DNA of 64,000 nucleotides, taken from contig JBAZZU010000003.1 of NCBI GenBank assembly GCA_041658605.1, positions 23,354-87,353 of the forward strand, written 5' to 3'. Both the position numbers and the translations under genes were made by a program. The notes beneath the pieces were generated by a model that ran no database searches, was not told the DNA's origin, and saw only the letters and a list, made by a program, of their open reading frames with translations. Shown here piece after piece: positions 36,966 through 47,076 of this stretch (within the stretch, counting starts at the first letter, position 1; every line of letters begins with the position of its first letter). This stretch comes from Thermoleophilia bacterium (GTDB lineage: Bacteria; Actinomycetota; Thermoleophilia; BMS3ABIN01).

Positions 36966-38524
36966 CCACCATAATCCAGCAGCCCCAAAGAGGGCAACCA
37001 AGGGTCTATATCTGGGCAGGTGACACCGAAGCCGACAAGGTGGACGTTTCCGCCGACGTGATCGGGTTCGAGACATCCAAGAAACTCGGCTCCCCTACAG
37101 GCTCCTTCACGCTAACGCTCATGCCGAGCGTTGGATCCGCACAGACTCCCGCCGACATGCGGAGAATCACGAAACTCTATAGGGCGAACCTGACGAATCG
37201 CGTTGTTTCCATCGGCTGGAAGTACGACGGCGGAATCATGCTCGGGCTGGTTTCCAACGTCGCGGAAAGCCACAACTTCGGCGGGTCCTACACGCGCACG
37301 CTGACTATCACCGGGCAGGACTTTGGTAAGGTGCTTGTGAACGACAACGTGGTTTCTGCGCTCATGAACCAACACGACGCGGGCTCTATCAAGTTCCTCG
37401 ACAACGTGAAGGCGGCGCTCGGTCCAAGTACCTACGTTGGAGAGATGTACCTGAATGACCCACTTTCAAACGAACTCATCCCGACTCTGGCATACGGGCT
37501 GAGCGAGGTTATCGACTGGATTCTTGCAATATCGCCGTCCATGACGATTCCGATCATGGGTAAAGTGTTCGGCGGGTCGGGCAAGGTGTCCGAGTACATT
37601 AACACCGCGAGTTACAGCTCCTTGGCCTGGAACGATGGCAAGATCTGGTCCACCGACGCGGCTACCTATTCGGGCAATATCTGGGGCTATATCCAGTCCA
37701 TGATCGATCCAGACTTTTACGAAGTGGTGATCGATAGTTACCCACTTGCGACCAACCATACCGCGCTGAATGGACTTGCGCAGGTTTACCTCATGGTTCG
37801 CCCCAAACCCTTCGACGAGAAGATTCTTGAGTGGGCCTCGGTAGACGAGCAGACCGGGATGACGTGGGAAGACCTCAAGACCAAAACGAACGAGAGCAAC
37901 CACGATATCGACCTTTCCGAGATGATCTCAGCGCAGTTCTCCTATGGGGATTCGGGCGCGATTTCGTCCTATGTGGTGACCTCGCCCTATACCGTGTTCG
38001 GCGCCTCCGACGGCTCGCTTCTTGGGATGCAATTCCCACTTCTGGACACCTATATCGCGAAAAGGTACGGTATCAAGTCCATGAAGTCCCGGCTTACCAT
38101 GCTCGGACTCGACCCAAACGTGAAGTCCGATCCTGCGGCGATAACGGACTTTATCCACCGCCTGTTCAACTGGTATCGGTATGCCCCGTTCTTTGAGAAC
38201 GCCACGATAACGATCGCGGGTGGAACGCCGCTTGAGGGGGCGACTCCGACAAGCCGCGAGCTGATCCGGGTCGGCGATCCTGTTCGGCTTCCGTGGCGAA
38301 AGGCTCCCTATTCGGTCCCCTACATGTCGGAGGATGGCATGCGCTACTACTGCACAGGCGTCTCGCAATCCTGGCGATCCTCACCTGGGCGCACGGGCAT
38401 CCTGACGACTCGCCTGGACCTTACCCGAGGGCACAACGCTTCGATGATCGCGGCTCTTGACGAGATGGTCCGCAAGGATGCGCCCGTCTCAAATCCCGCC
38501 CACTTCGCCGATTCCCTGGGGTAA
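36962..38524 (+). CDS. Baseplate/distal tail protein candidate
   Basis: Position after tape measure. ATGA overlap. Confidence 0.35.
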   Translation: MTTIIQQPQRGQPRVYIWAGDTEADKVDVSADVIGFETSKKLGSPTGSFTLTLMPSVGSAQTPADMRRITKLYRANLTNRVVSIGWKYDGGIMLGLVSNVAESHNFGGSYTRTLTITGQDFGKVLVNDNVVSALMNQHDAGSIKFLDNVKAALGPSTYVGEMYLNDPLSNELIPTLAYGLSEVIDWILAISPSMTIPIMGKVFGGSGKVSEYINTASYSSLAWNDGKIWSTDAATYSGNIWGYIQSMIDPDFYEVVIDSYPLATNHTALNGLAQVYLMVRPKPFDEKILEWASVDEQTGMTWEDLKTKTNESNHDIDLSEMISAQFSYGDSGAISSYVVTSPYTVFGASDGSLLGMQFPLLDTYIAKRYGIKSMKSRLTMLGLDPNVKSDPAAITDFIHRLFNWYRYAPFFENATITIAGGTPLEGATPTSRELIRVGDPVRLPWRKAPYSVPYMSEDGMRYYCTGVSQSWRSSPGRTGILTTRLDLTRGHNASMIAALDEMVRKDAPVSNPAHFADSLG

Positions 38525-38526
38525 CC

Positions 38527-39315
38527 GTGGAACCTGACCGACACAGTACTTATCCGGTTGGGCCTCGCCTTGCGTGGTTCGTCAAGCAGGATGGGAAATA
38601 CTTCCTCCAGGACGAGCACGGGAACAAGTTCAGGAACCTGGACCGTATCCTGATCGTTCAGGGCTCGTTTGGCTTCGACTTTGAGGGCCAGGAGAAACTC
38701 CCCCGGCCGCAGATTCGGGATCCCCTTGGGAAGGTCCTTGTCCAGGGTGACGCGCTCATCCTCGACTTTCGGAACGGGGACGATCGTTGTCCGATCGTTC
38801 GCGGTGGCGTCCGCTCCTATGATACCGGCGACGGGCAGTTGGCGCGCAACTTTGAGAACATGGCGCGGGGATATAACCGCTACAAGTTCCGGCTCTATCC
38901 GCAGGACGAGACCGGGCTGAAACTCGGAGAGGTCCGGTTCTACTGCTGCGACAATTACAAGAACGAGGCGGATTGGGGCCTTGTTGATTTCTACGTCTCG
39001 AACAGCGTGGACGGGGTGATCGAAACGGCGCTGAATGTCCAGGTCGGGCCGGTTCTTGGGTCTCATAACCTGTTCTTCATGAGTCCGTCGCAGGCTGGTT
39101 TTACGGTTTCGGGTGGGTCGGATCCGGTTATCAAGCAGCCCTTTGAAGACGACTTGAAGACGTGGCTTAACGGACTCACGACGTTTCTGGCGTCCATTGC
39201 TGCGGCGCCGCCCCCGATCGCTGCTGCCGTCGCTGCCTTCCAGCCGATCCATGCGGCGTTTCTGGCAACCGTCAACGCGGGAACCCACCTCACCACGGTC
39301 TTCAAAACGGAGTAG
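38527..39315 (+). CDS. Baseplate protein candidate
   Basis: Position only. Confidence 0.35.
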   Translation: MEPDRHSTYPVGPRLAWFVKQDGKYFLQDEHGNKFRNLDRILIVQGSFGFDFEGQEKLPRPQIRDPLGKVLVQGDALILDFRNGDDRCPIVRGGVRSYDTGDGQLARNFENMARGYNRYKFRLYPQDETGLKLGEVRFYCCDNYKNEADWGLVDFYVSNSVDGVIETALNVQVGPVLGSHNLFFMSPSQAGFTVSGGSDPVIKQPFEDDLKTWLNGLTTFLASIAAAPPPIAAAVAAFQPIHAAFLATVNAGTHLTTVFKTE

Positions 39316-39318
39316 CCC

Positions 39319-40971
39319 ATGATCGGCGTTAACGGCGGGCATCAACTGAACATCCTGATCTTCGAGGTCGGCATGATTCAGACGATTCAGGCGCTCGGGA
39401 TTGACCTCAAGGTGGTCTCGACCGTTTCTGTTCATCCGCTCCTTGTGGCTCCAACCTCGATCCGCTACACGGATGCAACCCGATCCTCGTTCAACCAGAC
39501 TGCCGGTGGGACCGTGCTCACGCCCGGCGGGCGGGCTCTCCGAAACGTCACGCTTGAGGGCACGTTCGGGTCAGAATCGCGGGGGCTTGGCCCCTACATC
39601 GGCAACGGAGCGATCCGCTTTACCCGGTTTTACAAGGAAGTCGTCCGTATGGGTGAGGCGCTAACCCAAGACGAAGTGGACGATAACGTGGATTGGCTCA
39701 ATGGAACGCCGTTTATCAAGCTGTTCCTGACGACCTACGATGATGCGAATACAAACTTCTTCATCAACTTCTATGACTTCTGGCACGATCGCGCTTTCCA
39801 GTGTTTGGTCCAGCGCTTTGACCACGATCGCGCGTTCATGAAGGGCGGCGCGGTCGGTCTGACGCACTACACGATGTCGCTTCAAGAAATCGGGCCTATT
39901 GTGGAAGGTGGGCTTGGGGAGTCCATCATTTCGCTTCTGATGGACGGGTTGACGCTCTGGAACGATATCAACAACGTGATCGATAGTTACGACCTCGCTA
40001 CGATCATCGAGGCCTTCACCGGACCCGTTGCCATCGCTCTTTCGATGGCCGAGGGCACCCTGGAGGCCATCCGGAGCAACCTGGACGCGGCGACGGCTCT
40101 CTTCGGATCCTCCCTGCCGCCCGAGTCGGCACTTCCGTCGGCGCTTTCCTCGTTCGGTGCGGAGTGTGAATCGTTGGCATCCTCCATGGAGGCAATCTCT
40201 GGAACAGTGGAGGCCTCGGCGCCTGCTCCTGCAGCGCCTGCTACCACGATGTCCTGGGATGACCCGCGAGCGCTCGACCTGGACGCCTGGGATACCGTGG
40301 CGTCCATGCGCGACCTGGCCGACGCTGCACGTTTCCAACTCTGCGCTGGCCTGTTCTTCGGGATGTCGCTCACCGACTATCAGAACTTCCTGGCTTCGTC
40401 CGGAGACGCATCCTGGCGGGGTCCGGAGTTTGGGGGCTCCATCGACTACATTGTGGGCGAGTACGACACCGCAGGAGCCATCGAGGCGCGCTTCGGGGTA
40501 GACTGGCAACGCGTGCTTGCCTTCAATGGCCTGACGCCTCTGGAGGCCCTTACCGAGGGCACCAGGATCCGGATCCCGGTGCGCCGCTACTACGGAACCC
40601 AGGGACGGAATGCGATCCCCGTGCTCGACTCGCACGCTGGGGAAGCCGCCTGGGGTCGTGACGTGGCGATGGAGATCGGCGTTGATGCACTTGGGGATCT
40701 CCTGCTCGTCGAAGGGGAGGATTGCCTCACCCAGGGCGTGCAAGTCCTTTCCGAAGAACTGGCCACCAGTCTGATCAAGCCGCTACAGTCGATCCCCGAA
40801 AGCGTGCGGGGTTCCTGGCTTACCAAGAAGATTAGCGCCGCCATGAAGTCCGATCCCCGCATCTCCTCTGTGGTGTCGGTGACCACGGAAGAAAGTGATC
40901 GAGGTATAGCCCTCCGCGTGGTGGCCCAGGCCATCAACGGTTCTACGATCCGCACCGGAGTCCGTGTCTAA
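39319..40971 (+). CDS. Baseplate protein with LysM-like segment
   Basis: DYIVGEYDTAGAIEARFGVDWQRVLAFNGL...GTRIRIP resembles a LysM motif (as in P2 tail protein X). Confidence 0.4.
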   Translation: MIGVNGGHQLNILIFEVGMIQTIQALGIDLKVVSTVSVHPLLVAPTSIRYTDATRSSFNQTAGGTVLTPGGRALRNVTLEGTFGSESRGLGPYIGNGAIRFTRFYKEVVRMGEALTQDEVDDNVDWLNGTPFIKLFLTTYDDANTNFFINFYDFWHDRAFQCLVQRFDHDRAFMKGGAVGLTHYTMSLQEIGPIVEGGLGESIISLLMDGLTLWNDINNVIDSYDLATIIEAFTGPVAIALSMAEGTLEAIRSNLDAATALFGSSLPPESALPSALSSFGAECESLASSMEAISGTVEASAPAPAAPATTMSWDDPRALDLDAWDTVASMRDLADAARFQLCAGLFFGMSLTDYQNFLASSGDASWRGPEFGGSIDYIVGEYDTAGAIEARFGVDWQRVLAFNGLTPLEALTEGTRIRIPVRRYYGTQGRNAIPVLDSHAGEAAWGRDVAMEIGVDALGDLLLVEGEDCLTQGVQVLSEELATSLIKPLQSIPESVRGSWLTKKISAAMKSDPRISSVVSVTTEESDRGIALRVVAQAINGSTIRTGVRV

Positions 40972-42317
40972 TGGCCACCCCCCGCTCACGAACAGACCTT
41001 GCCCGAGAATGGATCCGCCGACTCGTCGGCTATTCCCCCTCGGTCTCCTGGTTCGGGTCGGGTGGCGTGGCTCTGGCATTCTCGAAGGCCACCGGGGACC
41101 TTGCCGAGATCGCCCAGGACCTCTTCGTCTCGATGCGCAGGCGCTTGACGCTCCTGGCATCTTCGGAATCGGACCTGGATGATATCGCCCAGGAACTCGG
41201 CACGGCGCGACTCACGGACGCACGGGCGCACGTTTACGCCGTGGTGGTTCCCTGGTCCGCTTCCGTTGTCGCGGTCGTGAGCGCGGGGAATGACTTCCTT
41301 CAAGTGGATGACGCCAGCAGGTTCCTCGCTCTTGACTCCCTTCGGATCCGGGGATCCTCGGGAACGTCCGAGGCGCTTGTCGTGATCGCCATCGTCGGAA
41401 ACGTGATCGAGTGCTTGCCTCTTACTGGTACCTACAACCCGCTGACGGAAGGTGTCTCGGTCCTGCTGCGGACTACGATCCCGGTTGGATCCACGATCGT
41501 CTCGCAGGCCGGTGTTTCATTTCAGACTCTGGCGACCGTGATTGCTGGTGACGCAAACCCACTTTTTGACGGTGAAGCCGCGTTCGTAGCGCTCGCCGAC
41601 AAGGTGGATTGTGAATGCTCGGTCGCTGGTGCGGCGGGCAACATCGAGCCGGACTCCCTGGATTCCATCACCGGAGCCCCACGAATCGCCCGGGTCTACA
41701 ACCCTGAAGGCGGCTATGGCGGCGACTCTGAACAGGACGCTCAACTCAAATACCGGGCCTCCCATCGTGCGACACTGGCGAATCAGGAGACCTCGGCGTG
41801 GTTGTTCGCCCTTGCCCGCGAGGGCAACCCGAACACTCTCCGGGCCATCAAGGACACGACAACGGCGCTTTCCACATTGAAGTTTCGGCTTCTGAAAAGA
41901 ACGGGAGCATCCTTTTCGGCTGCTGAACTCACCGAGTTGAAAGCCTACATGGAGGCCCGCTTTCGGTCGCAGTATCAAGCCGATATTGGCAATGTGACCC
42001 TGACGGCCATCACAGTTGAGGCGCGGGTGAAGATGTCCTCGGGCGCCAGTTTCCAGACCTCCTGGCGCGCTGCTGCTTCGGGAATGGCGGCCTATCTCGA
42101 CTATCGGGTCTGGGCCTTTGGGGGGACCGTTGACAACTCCGAGCTTCTTCAAATCCTCCAGAACACGGCGGGCATTGCGAGCGTTGAAACAGCATCTTTT
42201 CTTCCTGCTGTTCCGGTTCCAGTTTCCGCGCTGTCCCTCCCGGTACTGGTCTACTTCGCGATCGAGGATCAAGACACGGGTGAGACGTTCGGCGGGAATC
42301 TTGCGGTGAGTTTCTGA
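40971..42317 (+). CDS. Baseplate J-like protein candidate
   Basis: Position and size only. Confidence 0.3.
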   Translation: MATPRSRTDLAREWIRRLVGYSPSVSWFGSGGVALAFSKATGDLAEIAQDLFVSMRRRLTLLASSESDLDDIAQELGTARLTDARAHVYAVVVPWSASVVAVVSAGNDFLQVDDASRFLALDSLRIRGSSGTSEALVVIAIVGNVIECLPLTGTYNPLTEGVSVLLRTTIPVGSTIVSQAGVSFQTLATVIAGDANPLFDGEAAFVALADKVDCECSVAGAAGNIEPDSLDSITGAPRIARVYNPEGGYGGDSEQDAQLKYRASHRATLANQETSAWLFALAREGNPNTLRAIKDTTTALSTLKFRLLKRTGASFSAAELTELKAYMEARFRSQYQADIGNVTLTAITVEARVKMSSGASFQTSWRAAASGMAAYLDYRVWAFGGTVDNSELLQILQNTAGIASVETASFLPAVPVPVSALSLPVLVYFAIEDQDTGETFGGNLAVSF

Positions 42318-44305
42318 TGGATAAGCGCCTGATCTGGTGGCACTCCGATAGCGGGGTTCTTCCGACGGCGTGGACCGTGGTGGGCGGTGGCGCGCTTCAA
42401 CTCCCGGAGTCCGGCGGGCTGCTGGTGGAAGACGTTTCCGCGGTTGATCCGCTCTACTGCATGATCCAGGTGTTTGAATCTGACACGGGCGCCGGACCTG
42501 TGCGCGACCAGGACACGATCGAGGTTCAGATCCGCTGTCAGGGGCAGGCCAACACCGCTGGATGGGCATCCGGGGCCTCTGGTATCGGCGTGGCCATCTC
42601 CGACGGGTCAAGGGTATGCCTGTTCTCGTTCGGCGATCGCCTGCGCTTCGTGAACCCTGCAACGGGCGCAATCTACTACACCGATCCGCGACCGTTTCCC
42701 TGGCTCGGGTGGAACACGATCAAGATTACGAAACGCGCCTCCGAGGCCTGGGTGGTCGAAATGAACGGGCACCTCCATATCGTGATCCCCTACCTGCTCG
42801 CTACGGCTCTGGTGACACCTCCTGCATACGTCGCCTTCGGGTGCTTCGACCCTACTGGAACGGCTACGGCTACGTTCGAGCAGCCCGAGGTTGGCCTGAA
42901 CATGGCGCTGCCCTCTCAGGGGCTTGTGGAGCGGCTTCATTCGCTCTTCCCTGTCGCAGTCCGGGAAAGGTGGACCGACGTAGGCCGAGGCCTCCTGCGC
43001 GCTTCTGTGGGCGTTTTCCAGCAAGGGTATGAGGCGATTCAAGGCGCGTGGAGAGACATGACCTCCGCTGCTGAGACCGCTGGGCTACCCTACTCCTTCA
43101 CCGGAAAGGTTCTCCCGAATCGCGAGGCTCCGGCGTGGACCCTGACGAATCCGGGGCAGATATCGATCGTGCGAGAGCGGGTCAGAATCCAGGGGGTTGG
43201 CGCGGCGGCCAGCGCTACGGCGTTCTGGGACGCCACCATGCCGACGGTTTCAGACTACGAGCACATTCTCGGCGCTCGGGTAGATTCCTGGGAAGCGCTG
43301 CCTCCGACGGTGGACGCATGGGGCCGGGTTGGTCCCTACCTCCAGATTGACGACATGAATCGTTCAATAACGGCGCACTTGATCGAAGACTCCGGCGCGT
43401 GGTTCTGGGTTCTGACCGACGACACGATCGGCGGCGGTGCCTTCACAGAGATCGGGCGAAGGTGGCAAGTCGGCAGGTTTGTCTCCCATACCGTCGATGT
43501 CCGAATGTTCGGGCGCGACGTGGTGGTGCTCATGGTCAACGGGCAGATCGTTGACCGGGTGAGTTATTCCTCGTTCCCGCTTTCAATGGGACCTTTCCCG
43601 TTCGGTGTGATCGGGGTTACCTCGGCGCTCGGGTACTTCGACTTTTCGCACGCTACGGCTGTTCGCCGGTTGTGCGATTTGACCCAGCGGATCGGGTTGA
43701 TCTCCAGGTGTCAAGAGCGCCTGATTGCTCCAGGCGGCTGTGAGCGAAACGACGAGTTGGAAGTCTGGAAACGCGCCCAGCCGTGCGTGAACGAGCTCCG
43801 GGGAACGACTCGCGGAATGGAGATCGAGATCGCGCGGTTGGCGTGCTGTGGGACGGACGTGGTGGTCGAGCAGACCCGCGTTGAATGGTTCCTCGATGTG
43901 ACATGGCCCGACATTACGCCAATATACTTGGATGCAGCGGGGTTATTCTCCGATGTATTTACCGAGGTATGCGACGGGCCCTCCGCTTGGGATCCGAACG
44001 AGCTTGCGAGGTATGCAGCAACGTACCTTGTTCCTCTTTCCATTCTCGAACTGACTTACTCGATCTGCCTCTCTACGGCGCTGACAGGCCCAAACGTGAC
44101 CATCCCGACCGAAACGCTGCTTCCTGTAACCTCTGTCTCCGGCTTCGGTGTCGGCGATGTGGTTCAGGTACGAACGGCGACCGGGACAAGCCACGAAGAC
44201 GCCTCGATAACTTCGATCGTTGGCCTGAATGTCATCGTTCAACCTCCTCTTGTCGGGGCTTACGTCGCAGGATCCTTGCTTCGTAAAGTCCTAACCACGA
44301 CGTGA
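42317..44305 (+). CDS. Tail/baseplate protein candidate
   Basis: Position. ATGA overlap. Confidence 0.35.
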   Translation: MDKRLIWWHSDSGVLPTAWTVVGGGALQLPESGGLLVEDVSAVDPLYCMIQVFESDTGAGPVRDQDTIEVQIRCQGQANTAGWASGASGIGVAISDGSRVCLFSFGDRLRFVNPATGAIYYTDPRPFPWLGWNTIKITKRASEAWVVEMNGHLHIVIPYLLATALVTPPAYVAFGCFDPTGTATATFEQPEVGLNMALPSQGLVERLHSLFPVAVRERWTDVGRGLLRASVGVFQQGYEAIQGAWRDMTSAAETAGLPYSFTGKVLPNREAPAWTLTNPGQISIVRERVRIQGVGAAASATAFWDATMPTVSDYEHILGARVDSWEALPPTVDAWGRVGPYLQIDDMNRSITAHLIEDSGAWFWVLTDDTIGGGAFTEIGRRWQVGRFVSHTVDVRMFGRDVVVLMVNGQIVDRVSYSSFPLSMGPFPFGVIGVTSALGYFDFSHATAVRRLCDLTQRIGLISRCQERLIAPGGCERNDELEVWKRAQPCVNELRGTTRGMEIEIARLACCGTDVVVEQTRVEWFLDVTWPDITPIYLDAAGLFSDVFTEVCDGPSAWDPNELARYAATYLVPLSILELTYSICLSTALTGPNVTIPTETLLPVTSVSGFGVGDVVQVRTATGTSHEDASITSIVGLNVIVQPPLVGAYVAGSLLRKVLTTT

Positions 44306-44309
44306 GCCC

Positions 44310-46211
44310 ATGCCAGGAATCCCGACTTCTCAAGGCCTGCGCTACCTGCTGAACCTTCGGATCGGCGTGGACGAGTTGCAGTGGTGGCAGAAGGAAGAGG
44401 TCGAGCAGCGCCGGCTGGCCGTTCGCGCGATGACTCGCAACTTCGGCCTTGTCGTGTCGAACAAGTGCGACGGCTCGGCGGATTCGCAGTGGCTCGTTGA
44501 TGACGCTCCGGCAGGCACCGACGGCGTTCTCTACCTGACGACTTCGACCGATAGCGCGCTCCCCGGGCAGGGTCCCGAGTCCGCGATCCTCGTCACAGAT
44601 GACGGGGACGCGGTGGAGTTTGAAGGGCCTGACGGTGGGGCGATTCCCAACGTGATCGTGCCTGGCGATGCAACGTGGTACACGCTCGTCGCCCGGGCGT
44701 CGAGCACTTACGAGGGGCCCGGCACGATTCAACTCTTTGCAGGCGCTGGAAACGTTGTAGGTATCGACACGGTTTTTACGCGGTATATCGGCGCAACGGA
44801 TGGCGGTACGGGACGTGGAACCCTCCTGCGCGTTTCTGGCTCGGCGTTAGGAAACGATGGCGACTACACGATCGAGACGATCGTGGATGGCTTGACCGCC
44901 ACGGTTTCCCCTGTGGCTATTGCAAACGAATCCGGGCTTACCTACACTCCGATCGGCACGTTTCTGGGCGCGACTCCTGCAAACCCGGAACTGCACGAAC
45001 GCAAGCGTATTGTGTTTGCCTTGGTGGCCAGGACTCGGGAACCTGCCGCAGGGGATTACGTTGTCGCCGACGTGATGCGTGGGATTGGCGTTCACCCGAT
45101 CACCGTCATCGACCGACGCGAGCGCAACATCTGGCGACCTTCGTTGGGTGGGGAGCATCACTGCTGCACCGCTTTTCCGATGTTGGGTTATGACACCGGA
45201 GCGGCTACGTGGGGCCCTGTTGTCGAGACAATTATGGCAAATGCTGGGCTCACGTCGTTGACAACCTCAAGCGGGATCGGATTGCTTGCCGCAGTTCAGG
45301 ACATCGTGGCGGGCGATATTGTAGCGATGGAGTACGACGCCGCAACATCAACTTGGCAGAACCCAGGCGGGGGCGCTGCGGTTACCATTGCAGCAGGAGC
45401 GGACGACCCAGCGATCATCGAAGTACCGGCCTCGTGTGGATTCACCCATATCTGCTTCTACGTTGATGGCGGCGCTCTTTATATGGCGAGGTCCACGGAC
45501 AAGGGTCTGACCTTCGCTGCTGGTGGGTTGATCTGGAACCCCCCAGCGGTTGATGCTGCTGACTACATCGAGAGACCCGCTGCGATCTTGTTGAAGAACC
45601 ATCGGATCATCGTTCTTTGCTCGTATTACGACGACTCCGTGTCCCATAAACTGATCAAGTACGTGTATTCAGATACCTACTCAGCGACCTGGGTTACCAA
45701 CGCAAACGTCGGTTATACCTGGGTCAACTCGTTTACCTTGGCCCCTCCTGCCACGTATGACACAACGGACCCCGCCATTTGGCAGTCGGACAGCGGACGG
45801 ATTGAGACCTGCTGGCAGGAGACCGGTCCAGGAGGGGCTATTCGGATCCGTCATGCCGAGTCTCTTCGCGCTGGAGAACTTTACAGTGCGTCCATGATCA
45901 ACCGTGGGTATGCAATAGCTGATCATTCTCAGGACCAGTACAGCCCTTGTTGTTTTGCAGACGACGATGGTAGTACGATTGTCGTTTACGAGCAAGATGC
46001 AGGGTTAAACGCAGATTTGCAAGTGTCAACTGTAGGCGGCACCTCAGTAATAGATGACAGCATTATTGTTCGTGGCGTGCTTTCGGTCAAACCATACGCA
46101 TTACAACCCATTGGCTCCAGTCTTATCACGCTTTACCGTGTTGTGAATACCATTTATTCAATCCGTCTTCAACTCAACCGCGCCCAAAGAAACAAACTCA
46201 CGAGGTTCTAA
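44310..46211 (+). CDS. Tail fiber / receptor-binding protein candidate
   Basis: 633-aa protein in the distal tail region. C-terminal ~120 aa markedly lower GC (module swap). Confidence 0.4.
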   Translation: MPGIPTSQGLRYLLNLRIGVDELQWWQKEEVEQRRLAVRAMTRNFGLVVSNKCDGSADSQWLVDDAPAGTDGVLYLTTSTDSALPGQGPESAILVTDDGDAVEFEGPDGGAIPNVIVPGDATWYTLVARASSTYEGPGTIQLFAGAGNVVGIDTVFTRYIGATDGGTGRGTLLRVSGSALGNDGDYTIETIVDGLTATVSPVAIANESGLTYTPIGTFLGATPANPELHERKRIVFALVARTREPAAGDYVVADVMRGIGVHPITVIDRRERNIWRPSLGGEHHCCTAFPMLGYDTGAATWGPVVETIMANAGLTSLTTSSGIGLLAAVQDIVAGDIVAMEYDAATSTWQNPGGGAAVTIAAGADDPAIIEVPASCGFTHICFYVDGGALYMARSTDKGLTFAAGGLIWNPPAVDAADYIERPAAILLKNHRIIVLCSYYDDSVSHKLIKYVYSDTYSATWVTNANVGYTWVNSFTLAPPATYDTTDPAIWQSDSGRIETCWQETGPGGAIRIRHAESLRAGELYSASMINRGYAIADHSQDQYSPCCFADDDGSTIVVYEQDAGLNADLQVSTVGGTSVIDDSIIVRGVLSVKPYALQPIGSSLITLYRVVNTIYSIRLQLNRAQRNKLTRF

Positions 46212-47075
46212 ATGGACTTTTCACGAATCTATAGCACTTTGGAGCGGATACGGGCCGCGATTGCTTCTCCTGCGATTCCTGCTGGTGCGGCGACATCATC
46301 CAACCAAACGACCGGAGCCCAGAAGACCCAACTCTGCGGCGCTGGCCCTGGATACGCCGCGCTTGATGTTGCGACCGCCACGAAGCAGAGCGACGGCTCC
46401 CAGAAGACCATGATCATGGGCGTCGAGGGTGCCAACCAGCGTCAGGTCAAGGTCAACCCGCTGGGAGCCGTGAACATCGACGCTCCGCAGCTTCCCGCAG
46501 CCCTCGATGGAGTCTCGCTCAAGGTCAAGGAGCAGAGCCCCCTGACCGGGTTCGCCCTTGAGGCCGGTGGAAACCTCGCGAGCATCAAAGGCGACATGAC
46601 CACACTCGCGGGCATTGACTACGCGACTGACACGAATCTCGCCGACGTGCTCACGTCGCTCTCTGCCGGTGGCGACGCCCTGAACGCGATTAACGCGCCG
46701 GCAAGAGGCACCAGGATCCCGCTGGCGACGATCGTGCTGGCGGCCGAAACCGGAGTCACCGAGTACGCCCTTGCGACCGGCCTCCCCGCAGGTACGGAGA
46801 TCGACATCGTTGGAGTCAAGGGCGGGCTCTCTGCTGCTCCTGGCGCTGCGACCTGGAGGATCCACGCGAGCGACGTGACCGGCTGGACCCCGCTCGACTA
46901 CGAAGAGGAGTGTTACACGTCGGCGGCTACTGCGGTGGCCTCGCCCATCGGCGACAGCATCCCGAACAATCCCGCCATGCTCACCGTCCCCGTGAGTGGA
47001 AACATCTTCGTTCGAATCATCCCCAACGCTGGAACCATCACGGGCAGCGTCAAGATCCGCATTGTAAGGCGGTAA
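46212..47075 (+). CDS. Tail fiber-associated protein candidate
   Basis: Position only. Confidence 0.35.
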   Translation: MDFSRIYSTLERIRAAIASPAIPAGAATSSNQTTGAQKTQLCGAGPGYAALDVATATKQSDGSQKTMIMGVEGANQRQVKVNPLGAVNIDAPQLPAALDGVSLKVKEQSPLTGFALEAGGNLASIKGDMTTLAGIDYATDTNLADVLTSLSAGGDALNAINAPARGTRIPLATIVLAAETGVTEYALATGLPAGTEIDIVGVKGGLSAAPGAATWRIHASDVTGWTPLDYEEECYTSAATAVASPIGDSIPNNPAMLTVPVSGNIFVRIIPNAGTITGSVKIRIVRR

Positions 47076-47076
47076 C

